DNA of 64,000 bases from Octopus sinensis (Eukaryota). Shown here in pieces: positions 41,579-53,805 of the stretch. How positions within the stretch are numbered: the first letter of the stretch is position 1; every line of letters begins with the position of its first letter. A program made the translations under genes and the position numbers. Below the pieces are notes generated by a model that was given only the letters and a program-made list of their open reading frames with translations, was not told where the DNA came from and made no database searches. The stretch lies in contig NC_042997.1 in assembly GCF_006345805.1 (NCBI RefSeq), forward strand, positions 104,408,001 to 104,472,000. The letters run 5' to 3'.

Positions 41579-42508
41579 ATGCTAGGTGCATTCCTGAAGG
41601 TTTTTGAGACTTCTGTAGGAAGTTTTATTAATTTAAAAATACAAATCTCGAATCTACTTCACAGTAGGATCCGCTGACTTTAATGCACTTCTTGTAACGC
41701 TCCACCCATTTCCTGAAGGCCCCATGGAAGTCCTCCAAATTAAAGACGTACACAACTCTTGTTACATTATTCCTCTTCTTCTCAATGTCTTCAAAATCAC
41801 GGCCATTGAGGTTCTCCTACAGCTTGAGAAACAGTTAAAAGTCGCAGATGCAAGGTCCGTAGCGGAGGGATGGTGAGGGGCAGTATCGATGCCCATCTCT
41901 GTAAAGTAATTGTTTACCAGGATGCACTCTACTGAGCACACTGGGAACTATCTTTGCACAAGTTTTGCACATGTTTACATCTTCATGACTAATTCTGTGT
42001 ACAGTTGCACACTAAACTCTTATCTGCGTGCTTATTGTCTGCATAGATACTCAACAGGCTTCGTCCAGAAAATTACGAGTTTTTTTCAAAGAACTGTGAT
42101 TTTCTAACCGCTTTCCCTCAGACATCTCTCATCGTTTCTCACTTTCTCCCTATCGTCCTTGAACCTCTTAAAGGCAGCAACAAACAGAATGTTCGGCTCA
42201 TACAAGTTAATTCATAAGCATTTCGTAAGTTTCTGTAATGTTTTTGCCCAGCTTAACACAAAACTTTATTTATAGTGAACGTCCAAATTATCTTCACATC
42301 CTAACTGCACTCTGCAAAGTGGTCAGTTGTGACTAGCAGTGTTTAGTAGGGTGCGTTCAAAGTGTTGTTACAACCGTCTCCTTCATATAAAATGTTCATG
42401 GGTGGCTTGTTTGATGTATAGTGATAATATACTAATATTACAATAATCTGGGACAATAATAATTACCTCTCCTTGCAAAGTCTCAAAACTTCTGAACTAT
42501 ACCTTGTA
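41579..42508 (-). mobile_element. Decayed, internally deleted mariner (irritans-like)
   Basis: Minus-strand IKFCVKLGKNITETYEML, CAKIVPSVLS, FRKWVERYKKCIKVSG; imperfect TIRs sharing AAG(T)TTTTGAGACT at about 41579-41611 and 42479-42508. Confidence 0.8.
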
Positions 42509-42529
42509 TGTATGCATGTATGTATGCAT

Positions 42530-42829
42530 GCACTTATGTATGTATGTATGTATGTATGTATGTATGTATGTATGTATGTATGTATGTATGTATGTATATA
42601 GAAGGGGAATATTCCTTGTGTTGTGTATCTTGTACTTTCTATGATTTATGTTTTTATGCTTTCGTTTCTCATTGTGTTCCACGTTTTTTTATGTCCTGTG
42701 CCAATATGTGCATATATATACATGTATATATATGTAGGTATGTACATATATGTATGTATATATACATATATTTATATTATTATATGATCGAACGCCACGC
42801 ATCCTTTTCCAAGTAAGTTTTATCTTATG

Positions 42830-42863
<34 letters not shown>

Positions 42864-43128
42864 TGTATGTATGTATGTATGTATGTATGTATGTATATAG
42901 AAGGGGAATATTCCTTGTGTTGTGTATCTTGTACTTTCTATGATTTATGTTTTTATGCTTTCGTTTCTCATTGTGTTCCACGTTTTTTTATGTCCTGTGC
43001 CAATATGTGCATATATATACATGTATATATATGTAGGTATGTACATATATGTATGTATATATACATATATTTATATTATTATATGATCGAACGCCACGCA
43101 TCCTTTTCCAAGTAAGTTTTATCTTATG

Positions 43129-43162
<34 letters not shown>

Positions 43163-43210
43163 TGTATGTATGTATGTATGTATGTATGTATGTATGTATG
43201 TATGTATGTA
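42530..43210. repeat. 299-bp tandem duplication bounded by (TATG)n
   Basis: GAAGGGGAATATTCC at 42601 and 42900; the unique parts look identical. Confidence 0.95.
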
Positions 43211-44150
43211 TGTATGTGTGTGTGTGTGTGCATGTATGTATATATGTATGTATAAATATGTCTCCATGTGTTTATACAGTACCAAGCAATACGTGTTTTT
43301 ATAGCATGTGTTCTATGAACACTCTTTTCTTGTTGCCAACACAACCATTAGAAAGTAAACAGAATAACAGACAGAAATAGATTATTTGATGACGAATATA
43401 CCAGTGTAATTAGTGTAATGATAGTAGTTATAGTTAGATTTGTAGTAGTGGTGCTAGTGTATCCACGTCCAATAAAAATTTAGTACTCTGTGCAGCTTTA
43501 AAAACATGTTAAATCATTTTATAAAACTTTTTTCTCAAGCAGGTAATGAACGGTTTCACAATGAACACCTGACTGGCATACAATTGGCTATGCATGAGAA
43601 TATTTTGATTGATGGTAACACAACTGCTCTAATATTCGTCATCATCGTCATCGTAGAGGATTTATCAAGTGCAACCATATAATCCCATAACGTTTTAAGC
43701 TTTCTGTGCTAACTTCCAAAAATTTAGAGGAGAGAGAAAGAGAGAGAGAGAGAGATTCAGAGAAAAAGAAAGAGAAAAAGACTGAGAGAGCGCGAGCCAT
43801 ATTTGATATCACTAACATATGCATGGCACTCTCTAAATAACAGCATGACTTCAGGCCACTACTCTCTACTAACTCACAGCAGAAACTTTTTGACTTTGAA
43901 ACATATCATTTAGGTAATCACTGCTTTGTATTGAAGTAGCCAATTTCAACTTGTACAAAAATATACAGAATGATGCACACAAAAGCAACATACCCTATTG
44001 CTTTATAGAATAGAACACATCTATAATTTGTAACGCAGCGAAATGAGTGCGTTGTATTTTTTATTGGTCAGCGTAGAGCCTTCGGGAGTCATTTTCTTGT
44101 ATTTATAACAAAACAAGTCACAGAGAAATCCGAAATGGAGAATCACATAC

Positions 44151-44310
44151 CTGACCATATACTGATATAATACGGAGATCATAATAAAACACGCTGGCAA
44201 TGAAGTTGACACTGGGTTCTTCATCATATTTGTAGTAGAGCCTGTACAGGTGGAGAGTACCGAGGAATCCAGAAATGACATGCAGTGGGGTGAGGTTCCA
44301 ATTTCGAATA
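44151..44310 (-). CDS. Candidate internal exon of an unidentified host gene
   Basis: Strong donor CAG|GTATGT at 44151/44150, weak acceptor catgtag; 53 open codons IRNWNLTPLHVISGFLGTLHLYRLYYKYDEEPSVNFIASVFYYDLRIISVYGQ; GC higher than flanks. Confidence 0.3.
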
Positions 44311-45392
44311 CTACATGTAAGTGTTGACCTTATCCGGTGTTTTAATCTCGACGGAAGTGATTTAATCGATAAAATAAGTGTCAGTTATGTATTTAGGTTT
44401 AATAAATAATACTGAACATCGGCTCTGAAAATAATGCTATAACTCGATTCTGTTTAAATTAAAAACCAATGGAGTAGCATCTACTCGGCCGTTGAACTTT
44501 ATCCAACGGAGGAGCAATTACGTGGTTGTTTGACTTCGTCTGCTAGAAATAGCAGCAAAGGGTTACATCGTATTGTCTTACCAAATGATAGAGTGATTGG
44601 AAACATCAATCCCCAGGATAAAAAAAAAAAATATTTAAAAGCTGGGTAGCGTTGACTGGAAAACCTTTCATCGTATATGTACTAATATCGAGTTGCTCTT
44701 CTACACTCTAAGGTATAAATCCCCTTCTCTTACCGCACCGTTCTCCCACTTTCTATAATATAAACATGTGTTTATATAAATGTGAGTATACGACTCTGTG
44801 CCTGTGAGTGTGTTTATGTTTAATTGTTTATTGTGTTGGACAGATTTACCTCTTCCTCCACAAAAATTTGAATGTAGTTACTGGAGGAAGCAATTAGCCT
44901 ATTCAGGAATAACAGTTAAAATGTCGGTAGGAAACCTACTGCTTCCTAGACGACTGTTGCGTTAATTAGCAAGAAGCTTCCACGTTTCATGTTGACAGCT
45001 TTATAACTTGCTTTTGTAGCTATTGTCTAAATTTATAGCAGTCGTGTATGTCCATGTAACCATATCGTAGAATTCATCCTCACCAGAATAAAGTTTCAAT
45101 TATAAATATTTCTATTCCGTCTTTTGTTATCTATTGATAATCATATTATTCTGTCCGCCATATAACTTCTTTTTATAGTCGTAAATTGTTTTTGTAAAAA
45201 TACTGACTAGTTCAATATTTTATTCACGGACGTGTCCAGTATTTTCAAAGATGTTTGTAGTCTTTTATTTATATATTTATTTATATTAGCTTAAAATATT
45301 TTTTTCCTATACTTTCATACTGTTTAAACTCCCTCGTTTAAAAGAGAAAGTATAACAGTGATGAAGGCTTGATGCTACACACACACACACAG

Positions 45393-45424
<32 letters not shown>

Positions 45425-45604
45425 ACACATATATATATGTATACGTATATGTGTGTTGAAAGATTTCAGACAAAGGACAATAAAATAACAATAATAGAAG
45501 ACGGAGGATATAGGGCATGTGGTTAATTGTCAAAAAATATGACCATCCACAAATATAACAATACTTATATATACATACATATATATGCATATATATATTT
45601 ATAT

Positions 45605-45672
45605 ATACATGCATATATATGCGTGTGTATATACATATATGTGCGTATATATATGTATATATATATATATAT

Positions 45673-45703
<31 letters not shown>

Positions 45704-46231
45704 TATATATATGTATATATGTATGCATGTATATTTACACACACACACACACACACACTCACATATGTCTCTCTATATATATCTTTTCTTCATTTCAGTC
45801 ATCAGACAGCAGCCATCATAGTACTGCCTTGAAGAATTTTTAGTCGAATAAATCAATCCCACAATTTATTTTCTCTAGACCTGGTACTTATTCTCTCAGG
45901 CTACTTCTTCGAACTGCTAGTTACGGGGATGTAAACGTACCAACACCGGTTGTCAAGCGGTGGTGGTTGAAAACACAAACACCAAAATACGCACACACAC
46001 ACACATTCACACTCACAAGCAAATAAATATATCTTTCAATTCCACTCACAAAATATCGGTCATCCCTAGGCTATTGGAGAAGTTACTTGCCGAAGATACG
46101 AGGCCATCGGATTGAACTCGGAACACTGTGGCTGAAAACTAAACTTTTTACAGTATAGCTATGCCTATACATACACACTAACACACACACGCACACACGC
46201 GCACACACACACACACATATATATACACCCC

Positions 46232-46264
<33 letters not shown>

Positions 46265-46306
46265 CATGCATATATATGCGTGTGTATATACATATATGTG
46301 CGTATA

Positions 46307-46346
<40 letters not shown>

Positions 46347-46860
46347 GTATATATGTATGCATGTATATTTACACACACACACACACACACACTCACATAT
46401 GTCTCTCTATATATATCTTTTCTTCATTTCAGTCATCAGACAGCAGCCATCATAGTACTGCCTTGAAGAATTTTTAGTCGAATAAATCAATCCCACAATT
46501 TATTTTCTCTAAACCTGGTACTTATTCTCTCAGGCTACTTCTTCGAACTGCTAGTTACGGGGATGTAAACGTACCAACACCGGTTGTCAAGCGGTGGTGG
46601 TTGAAAACACAAACACCAAAATACGCACACACACACACATTCACACTCACAAGCAAATAAATATATCTTTCAATTCCACTCACAAAATATCGGTCATCCC
46701 TAGGCTATTGGAGAAGTTACTTGCCGAAGATACGAGGCCATCGGATTGAACTCGGAACACTGTGGCTGAAAACTAAACTTTTTACAGTATAGCTATGCCT
46801 ATACATACACACTAACACACACACGCACACACGCACACACACACACACATATATATACAC

Positions 46861-46898
<38 letters not shown>
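45605..46898. repeat. 634-bp tandem duplication containing a diverged family A SINE
   Basis: Markers at 45881/46515 and 46092/46726; one substitution seen (CTCTAGACC vs CTCTAAACC). Confidence 0.95.
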
Positions 46899-46901
<3 letters not shown>

Positions 46902-49309
46902 GAGAGAGAGAGATTGATTTCTGGTCTTAAATGACATTTTTTCAGACTTTTCTCTTTTTTTAACATTTATTTAGTGTCTAAATAAAATATAAACGCCCAT
47001 GTCCATCTTACTCCCTTCATTTTGTAAAATTTCAAAAGCTTGCACTGCAAACCAGTATTGTACTATGGCAAACTTGAGATACATGCTTCCTAGTTACAAT
47101 ATGAAAAGAGCAGTGCAAAGTAATAAAGGGGCCAGTTATGTGTAAGCCACATGCAAAGCAAAGGAAAGAGGGACTGGTTTTCTAGGTTGATCAGTTGTCG
47201 GTTATCAAGGGGTCAAGAAAGCGAATCGTCAAAAGGTGTGGAACATCAACACTGTGCCATATATTCAAGAGAGAATATAAAAGACAGATGATGAAGTGCT
47301 TGACCAGTTAGTGGTAGCAAATCAGTGAATAGACTCATCTTTTATCTATCTATTTATTATTTTATTTATTTATTTATTTTAAGTTGTGGTAATCGATTCT
47401 GTGTAGCAAGCCGGCTCGACAAATTAGTCCTGCTCCGCCTACCGATTACCGACAATAGATTGAAAGAAGGTATACACACATAAAGAAGAAAGCACTGCGA
47501 GTGAGAAGTTTGCCGCCAATGAGTTTGTCCTAGTGGGAGGCTTCAAGTCAGAGACGAATACTCGATAAAGATTTTAAAATACCAGCGTGTGTTTCCACTC
47601 TAGCAGTTTAACAGCGTGTTGTTATTAACATCATACATCAACACTGGCAACAGACCACGCTTTCCTAATTTTTATAGTTTTAAGAATAGATAGTTAAGCG
47701 TTTGTATTTATGTTTTTTTTTACTTGTCAACACTTTATCATAAGTGAAACTATCAAATATCTTGTTACTTTAAATCTTTTTAAACCAGTAAGGTGAACCG
47801 AAATGTCGTGAAATTTATACCCCTATATTTCCGAATCTCTTAAAGGCAACTGTGAAACTTCTACACTGTCCCTCGACTTGTGAAAAATAGCCACCAAATT
47901 AATCTGATGTTTTACTGTCTTCAAAAAAAAAAAAAAAAAAAAAAAAAAAGAGACGGAGATTATTGAAAATCAAATAACGATGGAATATTCATTAAGTGAA
48001 CCTCTTTCAAGTTCAACTTCGGCTACACTATGTTTTAAATATTTAATTTAACAAAGTCTACCGGCAAAGAGAGCGCCAACTTTTTTAATCAACGAAATGA
48101 AACAAAAATATTTCGTCAGTGCCTCACTTATGTTTAAATATATGTGTGCGTGTGTGAGTATCTATGTCTACCTTTTTACTCTGTGGATTATCTGGTATAT
48201 AACAACAAGTGGAAGGAAAATCTACATTAGCAGTCGACTCTTACTCATTTTCAGCTGTGTTGATTGAACTAACGGGAAATGATGTGGTTTGCTTAAGAAG
48301 ACATGTCCTGTCCAAGAATCGCACCCATAACTATATGATATTAAGCACCAAACCCTAATCGCAAAGCCACACGCCTTGACTCACACACACACACAGACAC
48401 ACATCTGGATGGGTACACGGAAAAGTGAATGAATGAATGGGGTATATAACAGCATACAACATCGTGTATTTTTGTTTGTTTTCTTTTTTTGCTCTATTTG
48501 GGGGAGGGGCGGTGTTATGAGATTTGGAAGCCAGCCGAGACCGGTGTGATCGCTTCCGTCAATATTCTGTTGGAATTGTTCATATCAACACTATGAATGG
48601 CATGAGCGCAGGGGAGATTCAAGGGCAGCATTGGATTTACCATTCAGCAAACTAAGTACATGCTTAGAGTATCGACGCAGTAATGGTAAATGGTTCACGG
48701 CACAAAAGTAATCACTTTAAACTTGCTGAAAAAATATTCGAAGTGGTTTAAATGATCGAAAATATAAGTTCATGGTGTTACAGTGAGAATCTGATCAAAA
48801 ACTTAAGAAATAAAAATAAAAAATTAGGAAAGAACTTTTCAAATATAAATAAAATGGAGGTACACAAAAATAAATGATGTTTTCCATCTTATTTTTAATT
48901 TTGTTTCATTTTCAAAAATAAAAATTCATTTTATGGTTTATTATTGTTTATATTTTGAATTACATATGTATGGGACATCAGATGTGCTTAGGGCCTCGAT
49001 GGGATTTAATCTGGCCACGTTCTAGTGAGAGAATTGTTTGGAGAAGGTCTCAGCATAGATTTTAGTTTGGTTGAGATAAACATAACAAGGGCCAAGAGAA
49101 AAGGCAAGACGATTGAGTTGGTAGTGTTGGAGTGGGATACGTAAAACGTCAATAGCAGCGATACGAAAAATAAATCAAAACCAGAAAGAAAGCCTGTAGG
49201 CCAGCAGTCTATAACGCAAGACAATGGTCACGGTAAGACTTGTAATTATCATAAATCTGTTTCATGAGGACTAACCAGTGCTGAAATGACAACAGTAATA
49301 TGTGAAATG

Positions 49310-49530
49310 GAATGAGGCGGTGAGCTGAGAGAAATGTTAGCACACCGGGCAAAATACTTAGCGGTATTTCGTCTGTCTTTATGCTCTGGGTACAAATTTC
49401 GCCGAGGTCACTTTTGCCTTTCACCCTTTTGGGGTCGATAAATTAAGTACCAGTTGCGTACTGGGTTGATTTAATCGACTGGCTCTCTCCCCCAAATTTT
49501 CGGGCTTTGTTCCTAGAGTAGAAAAAAATA
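49310..49530 (+). mobile_element. tRNA-derived SINE, family B (other copies near 190-345, 1090-1300, 28225-28410, 37480-37620, 49927-50097, 58470-58570)
   Basis: GAGGCGGTGAGCTG head; TTTGCCTTTCA..TTTTGGGGTCGATAAATTAAGTACCAGTT body. Confidence 0.88.
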
Positions 49531-50149
49531 TACGAAAATGAATAAATTTGTCGAGACGGCAAATGGAGCAAAATATAAAGGAGTAAGGAAGAAAATGTAG
49601 AAGAATTGCTCCACAAAACAAAATATCAGCTGAAAGCACCTTTTAGTTTTTGAAGGCCTAATTTCATGAACACATATATACATATACGCATGGTGATGCC
49701 CCTGCATAACCAGAATCCAATGAGTGAACACGTGAACGGTAAAAGATAATGACACATAGACACACACATAGAGGTTTCAACATGCTGGTTCTTTTACAAA
49801 CTCTCATACAAGCAACATGGACTAAAGACTCCCTAAGATAATACAAAACTGCAATATTTTCACCAATTTCAATGTCATGGTTAGCGAAACACGAAACCGG
49901 TAGACTATCATAATATTCTATCCTTTAAAGGCGGCGAGCTGGCAGAAACATTAGTACGCTGGGCAAAATGCTTAACCGTATTTTGTCTCTCTTTACGCCC
50001 TGAGTTCAAAATCCGTCCAGGTCAACTTTGCCTTTCATCCTTTCGGAGTCAATAAATTAAATACCAGTTGCGCAGTGGGATCGATCTAATCTATCCTTTA
50101 AAATATATTATACATACAGACACACACATATATACCCATTTTCATACAT

Positions 50150-50419
50150 ATCTTTATTCTTTTATTCGTTTCAGTCATTTGACTGCGGCCATGCTAAAGA
50201 ACCTCCTTAAAAGGTTTTACTCGAAGATCAACCCCCAAACTTACTTTTTGTAAGCCTATTACTTATTTCATCTAACCCTTTTGCCGAATCGCTAAGGTAC
50301 TAAGACATAATCACTCAAAGGCCGCTGGTCGAGTTGTGTGGGGAAAGAACAGACACAAAGACACACACACATGTATATATAACTCTCTCTCTCTCTCTCT
50401 CTCTCTCTCTTTATATATA

Positions 50420-50477
<58 letters not shown>

Positions 50478-50637
50478 CGACGGCTACTTTCAGCTTCTGT
50501 CTACGAAATCCACCCACAAGTCTTTGTTCGGTCCGGCGTTATAGCAGAAGTAATTTGCCCAAGGTGAGATACAGTGGGACTGAACCCGGAACCATGTCGT
50601 GGGAAAGCAAACTACTTACCACATAGCCACGCCTGCG

Positions 50638-50639
<2 letters not shown>
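50150..50639 (-). mobile_element. SINE family A, diverged
   Basis: TTTCAGTCATTTGACTGCGGCCATGCT tail; head at about 50600-50639. Confidence 0.85.
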
Positions 50640-50700
<61 letters not shown>

Positions 50701-50746
50701 ATATATATATATATATGATATATATGTATATTATATATATATATAT

Positions 50747-50779
<33 letters not shown>

Positions 50780-50780
50780 G

Positions 50781-50816
<36 letters not shown>

Positions 50817-50849
50817 GTATAATATGTATTATATAGATATATATGTATA

Positions 50850-50894
<45 letters not shown>

Positions 50895-51048
50895 TGTATA
50901 TATATATATATATATATAGATATTATATATATGTATATGTATATATATATTATATATAATATATATATATATATATATTATATGTATATAAATATATGTA
51001 TATATATTATATATATATATATATCTAATATCTATATATATATATGTA

Positions 51049-51086
<38 letters not shown>

Positions 51087-51109
51087 GTATATATATCTAT
51101 ATATTATAT

Positions 51110-51190
<81 letters not shown>
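50640..51190. repeat. About 550-bp interrupted (TA)n
   Basis: Direct reading. Confidence 0.97.
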
Positions 51191-51192
<2 letters not shown>

Positions 51193-51817
51193 ATCTTTTC
51201 TATTCTGAAGCCAGTTTTTTCAAATTTTTCCTACTGACCCAAACAATTTGAAACTTCGTATACTGGTAGAATGTGTCAAAAGTAAACTTAATTGTAACCA
51301 GAATGAAACGGAATTGTAACTTCTAAGTTTAACGTTGTTTAATAATTAGAATTTTAACCAATGATATTCCGTCATTCGGCTTTATTTTATTTTACTTACT
51401 ACTCCGTCTCGACCACCAATTTCGTGACGTATTAAACATCTTAAATGTAAACAAGCTATAGTCAGCCACCTTCTAATAACAAAAGTTTGTCTTTGAAGTT
51501 ACCGTCTAGGGGAAGCATTGATGTACATGTGTGTGTGTGTGTTTGATGGGGTGAGGGAGACAGTATGTTGTGTAAGTGAAGTGCTTCTGTTAGTGTGTGT
51601 GAAGAGACAGAGAGAGTAATGTGTGAAAGAGAGAGATAACTGAAATTTTTTACTCGGTGTATGTGTATATGCCTGAATGTATGTGTGTATGTATCTGTGT
51701 ATATGTTTGTATGTATCTATGTATGGCCGATTCAATGTAATTTTTTACACATACACACACACACACACATAAATACACACACACATGCAGACATACATAT
51801 ACACATACACCGAGTAA

Positions 51818-51870
<53 letters not shown>

Positions 51871-52393
51871 ATATATTAATTTATAAAATATGGTAAAGTA
51901 AAAAAATTACTTAACCACACACCGAGCTTTTTAGAAATAGCAGCCAAAAATTTCTCAACTGCAAGAAAAAGTCTCCCAGACAATGCATACTCAGAAATAA
52001 TTCACATACGTATAAGAGAAAAACACGAAAAATCACATGGATTCTCCGATATATGTTATAAAAATATGGATTCTCCGATATAATTTATAAAATATGGTAA
52101 AGTAAAAAAATTACTTTACCACACACAAAGCTTTTTAGAAATAGCAGACGTCACAAAACTGCTTTCAACGTCACACTAACAGATCGCAGTAACGTTTTAG
52201 ATATGAAAACAAGCAATCTCATTGGTTAAAATTCGCAGTTTTAATCTACGATTAAAGTCATAAAATAGATTTTTCTCAATAAAAACTAGTTCCAACTGCC
52301 GAATAAACTAGTTCCACTCTATGAGTACACAAAGTTTCAAATTATTTAGTTAACTAGAAAGATCTGGGGTCCTGGCCACAAATTTGAAAAGAT

Positions 52394-52395
<2 letters not shown>
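51191..52395. mobile_element. Unclassified TIR element embedded in (TA)n
   Basis: Perfect 10-bp TIR GGATCTTTTC/GAAAAGATCC; imperfect extension of about 60 bp ending AATTTGAAACT; (TA)n on both sides. Confidence 0.55.
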
Positions 52396-52451
<56 letters not shown>

Positions 52452-53760
52452 GGTGTGTGGGTGTGTGTGGGTGTGTGTATATATATATATATGCGTGTGT
52501 GTGTGTGTGTATGCATATATATATATATATTATACATATGTATTTATATGTGTGCGTGTATAAACATATACATACATACATACATACATACATACATACA
52601 TACATACATACATACATACATACATACATACATACATACATACATGCATTTACTTACCCTGTAGCAAGACTTTTCAGTGATGCTTAATTGTCAAAAATCG
52701 GTCAGAACTATCAGGTCATTGAAAGTAACTTTCTTTCACTTTGTCTCCCTTTTTTTGTTTTATTTTTCCGGGTTACCAAAGGATCTGGTTTCATCTGAAT
52801 GTTTATTATAGCGATCGACAAACACATTGTGTGGTCAAGCGAATTGAATACTACCCGTATTTTAAGCAAACATTAACGTCTATTATTTGAGAATAAAATA
52901 ATAAAATAACGTAGATAAAATGAAAATATTTATTTGAAATGCCAGAAAAGAAAAAGAAACATTAGCTTTGATCTGAAGGTTTTTGTGTGTAGGTTTAGTC
53001 CAATAAAGAATTTAGAATATTGTAAATCGGAAAAAAATCTTCAGCAAACTGTGTAAAGTTTTGTAAACATACATGGAGCAACGGGTGGTAACATGGTAAA
53101 AAGTAAGATAACGGCGTAGCAAGAGACACAAAGAGAAATACAGGGAGACAGATAGATAGAGAGAGAGGGGGAGGTTCATTTAATGTACTTTTCGTATAAG
53201 ACTTTAAAAGCACAAAGGTATTAACCTTAAGATGATTAGTCTGTTTTGATAAGGGTTTCAATCATCGAGACTTGGATTCACGTACATAGGCAGAATCACA
53301 TAAGCATATTTTTTTAGAATTTAGAACGTGCGTAGAACGGTGGAGAAATCTGTATTGGATTAATGAATGCTGAATAGAGATATTAAAATGCCAGATATTT
53401 CTGGGACATCTAACTTACAGTTCATAGTTCTGTATACAGATTACATATATGTGTGTGCGTGCGGGTGTATGTGAGTGTATATATATATATATGTGTGTGT
53501 TTGCTTGAATGTATGTATGTGTATTTATATGTGCGTGCGCGCGTGTATAGATATATGTATATATGCATTTACTTACACATATTTATATTGATGTTTGATT
53601 ATACATCAAGTCATGTATGAAAAACCATTTAACATGAAAGTGAATAATTACTTTATACCATTTCTCTTTTGCCGGACCGTTGAGTTACGGAGACGTAAAC
53701 ACACCAACACCGGTTGTCAAGCAGTGGTGAGAAACAAAGACACACACACACACACACACA

Positions 53761-53805
<45 letters not shown>

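Noticed and set aside
52658-52860. Strong minus donor AGG|GTAAGT
   Set aside because: All three frames close within about 12 codons; at most a UTR exon, unsupported.
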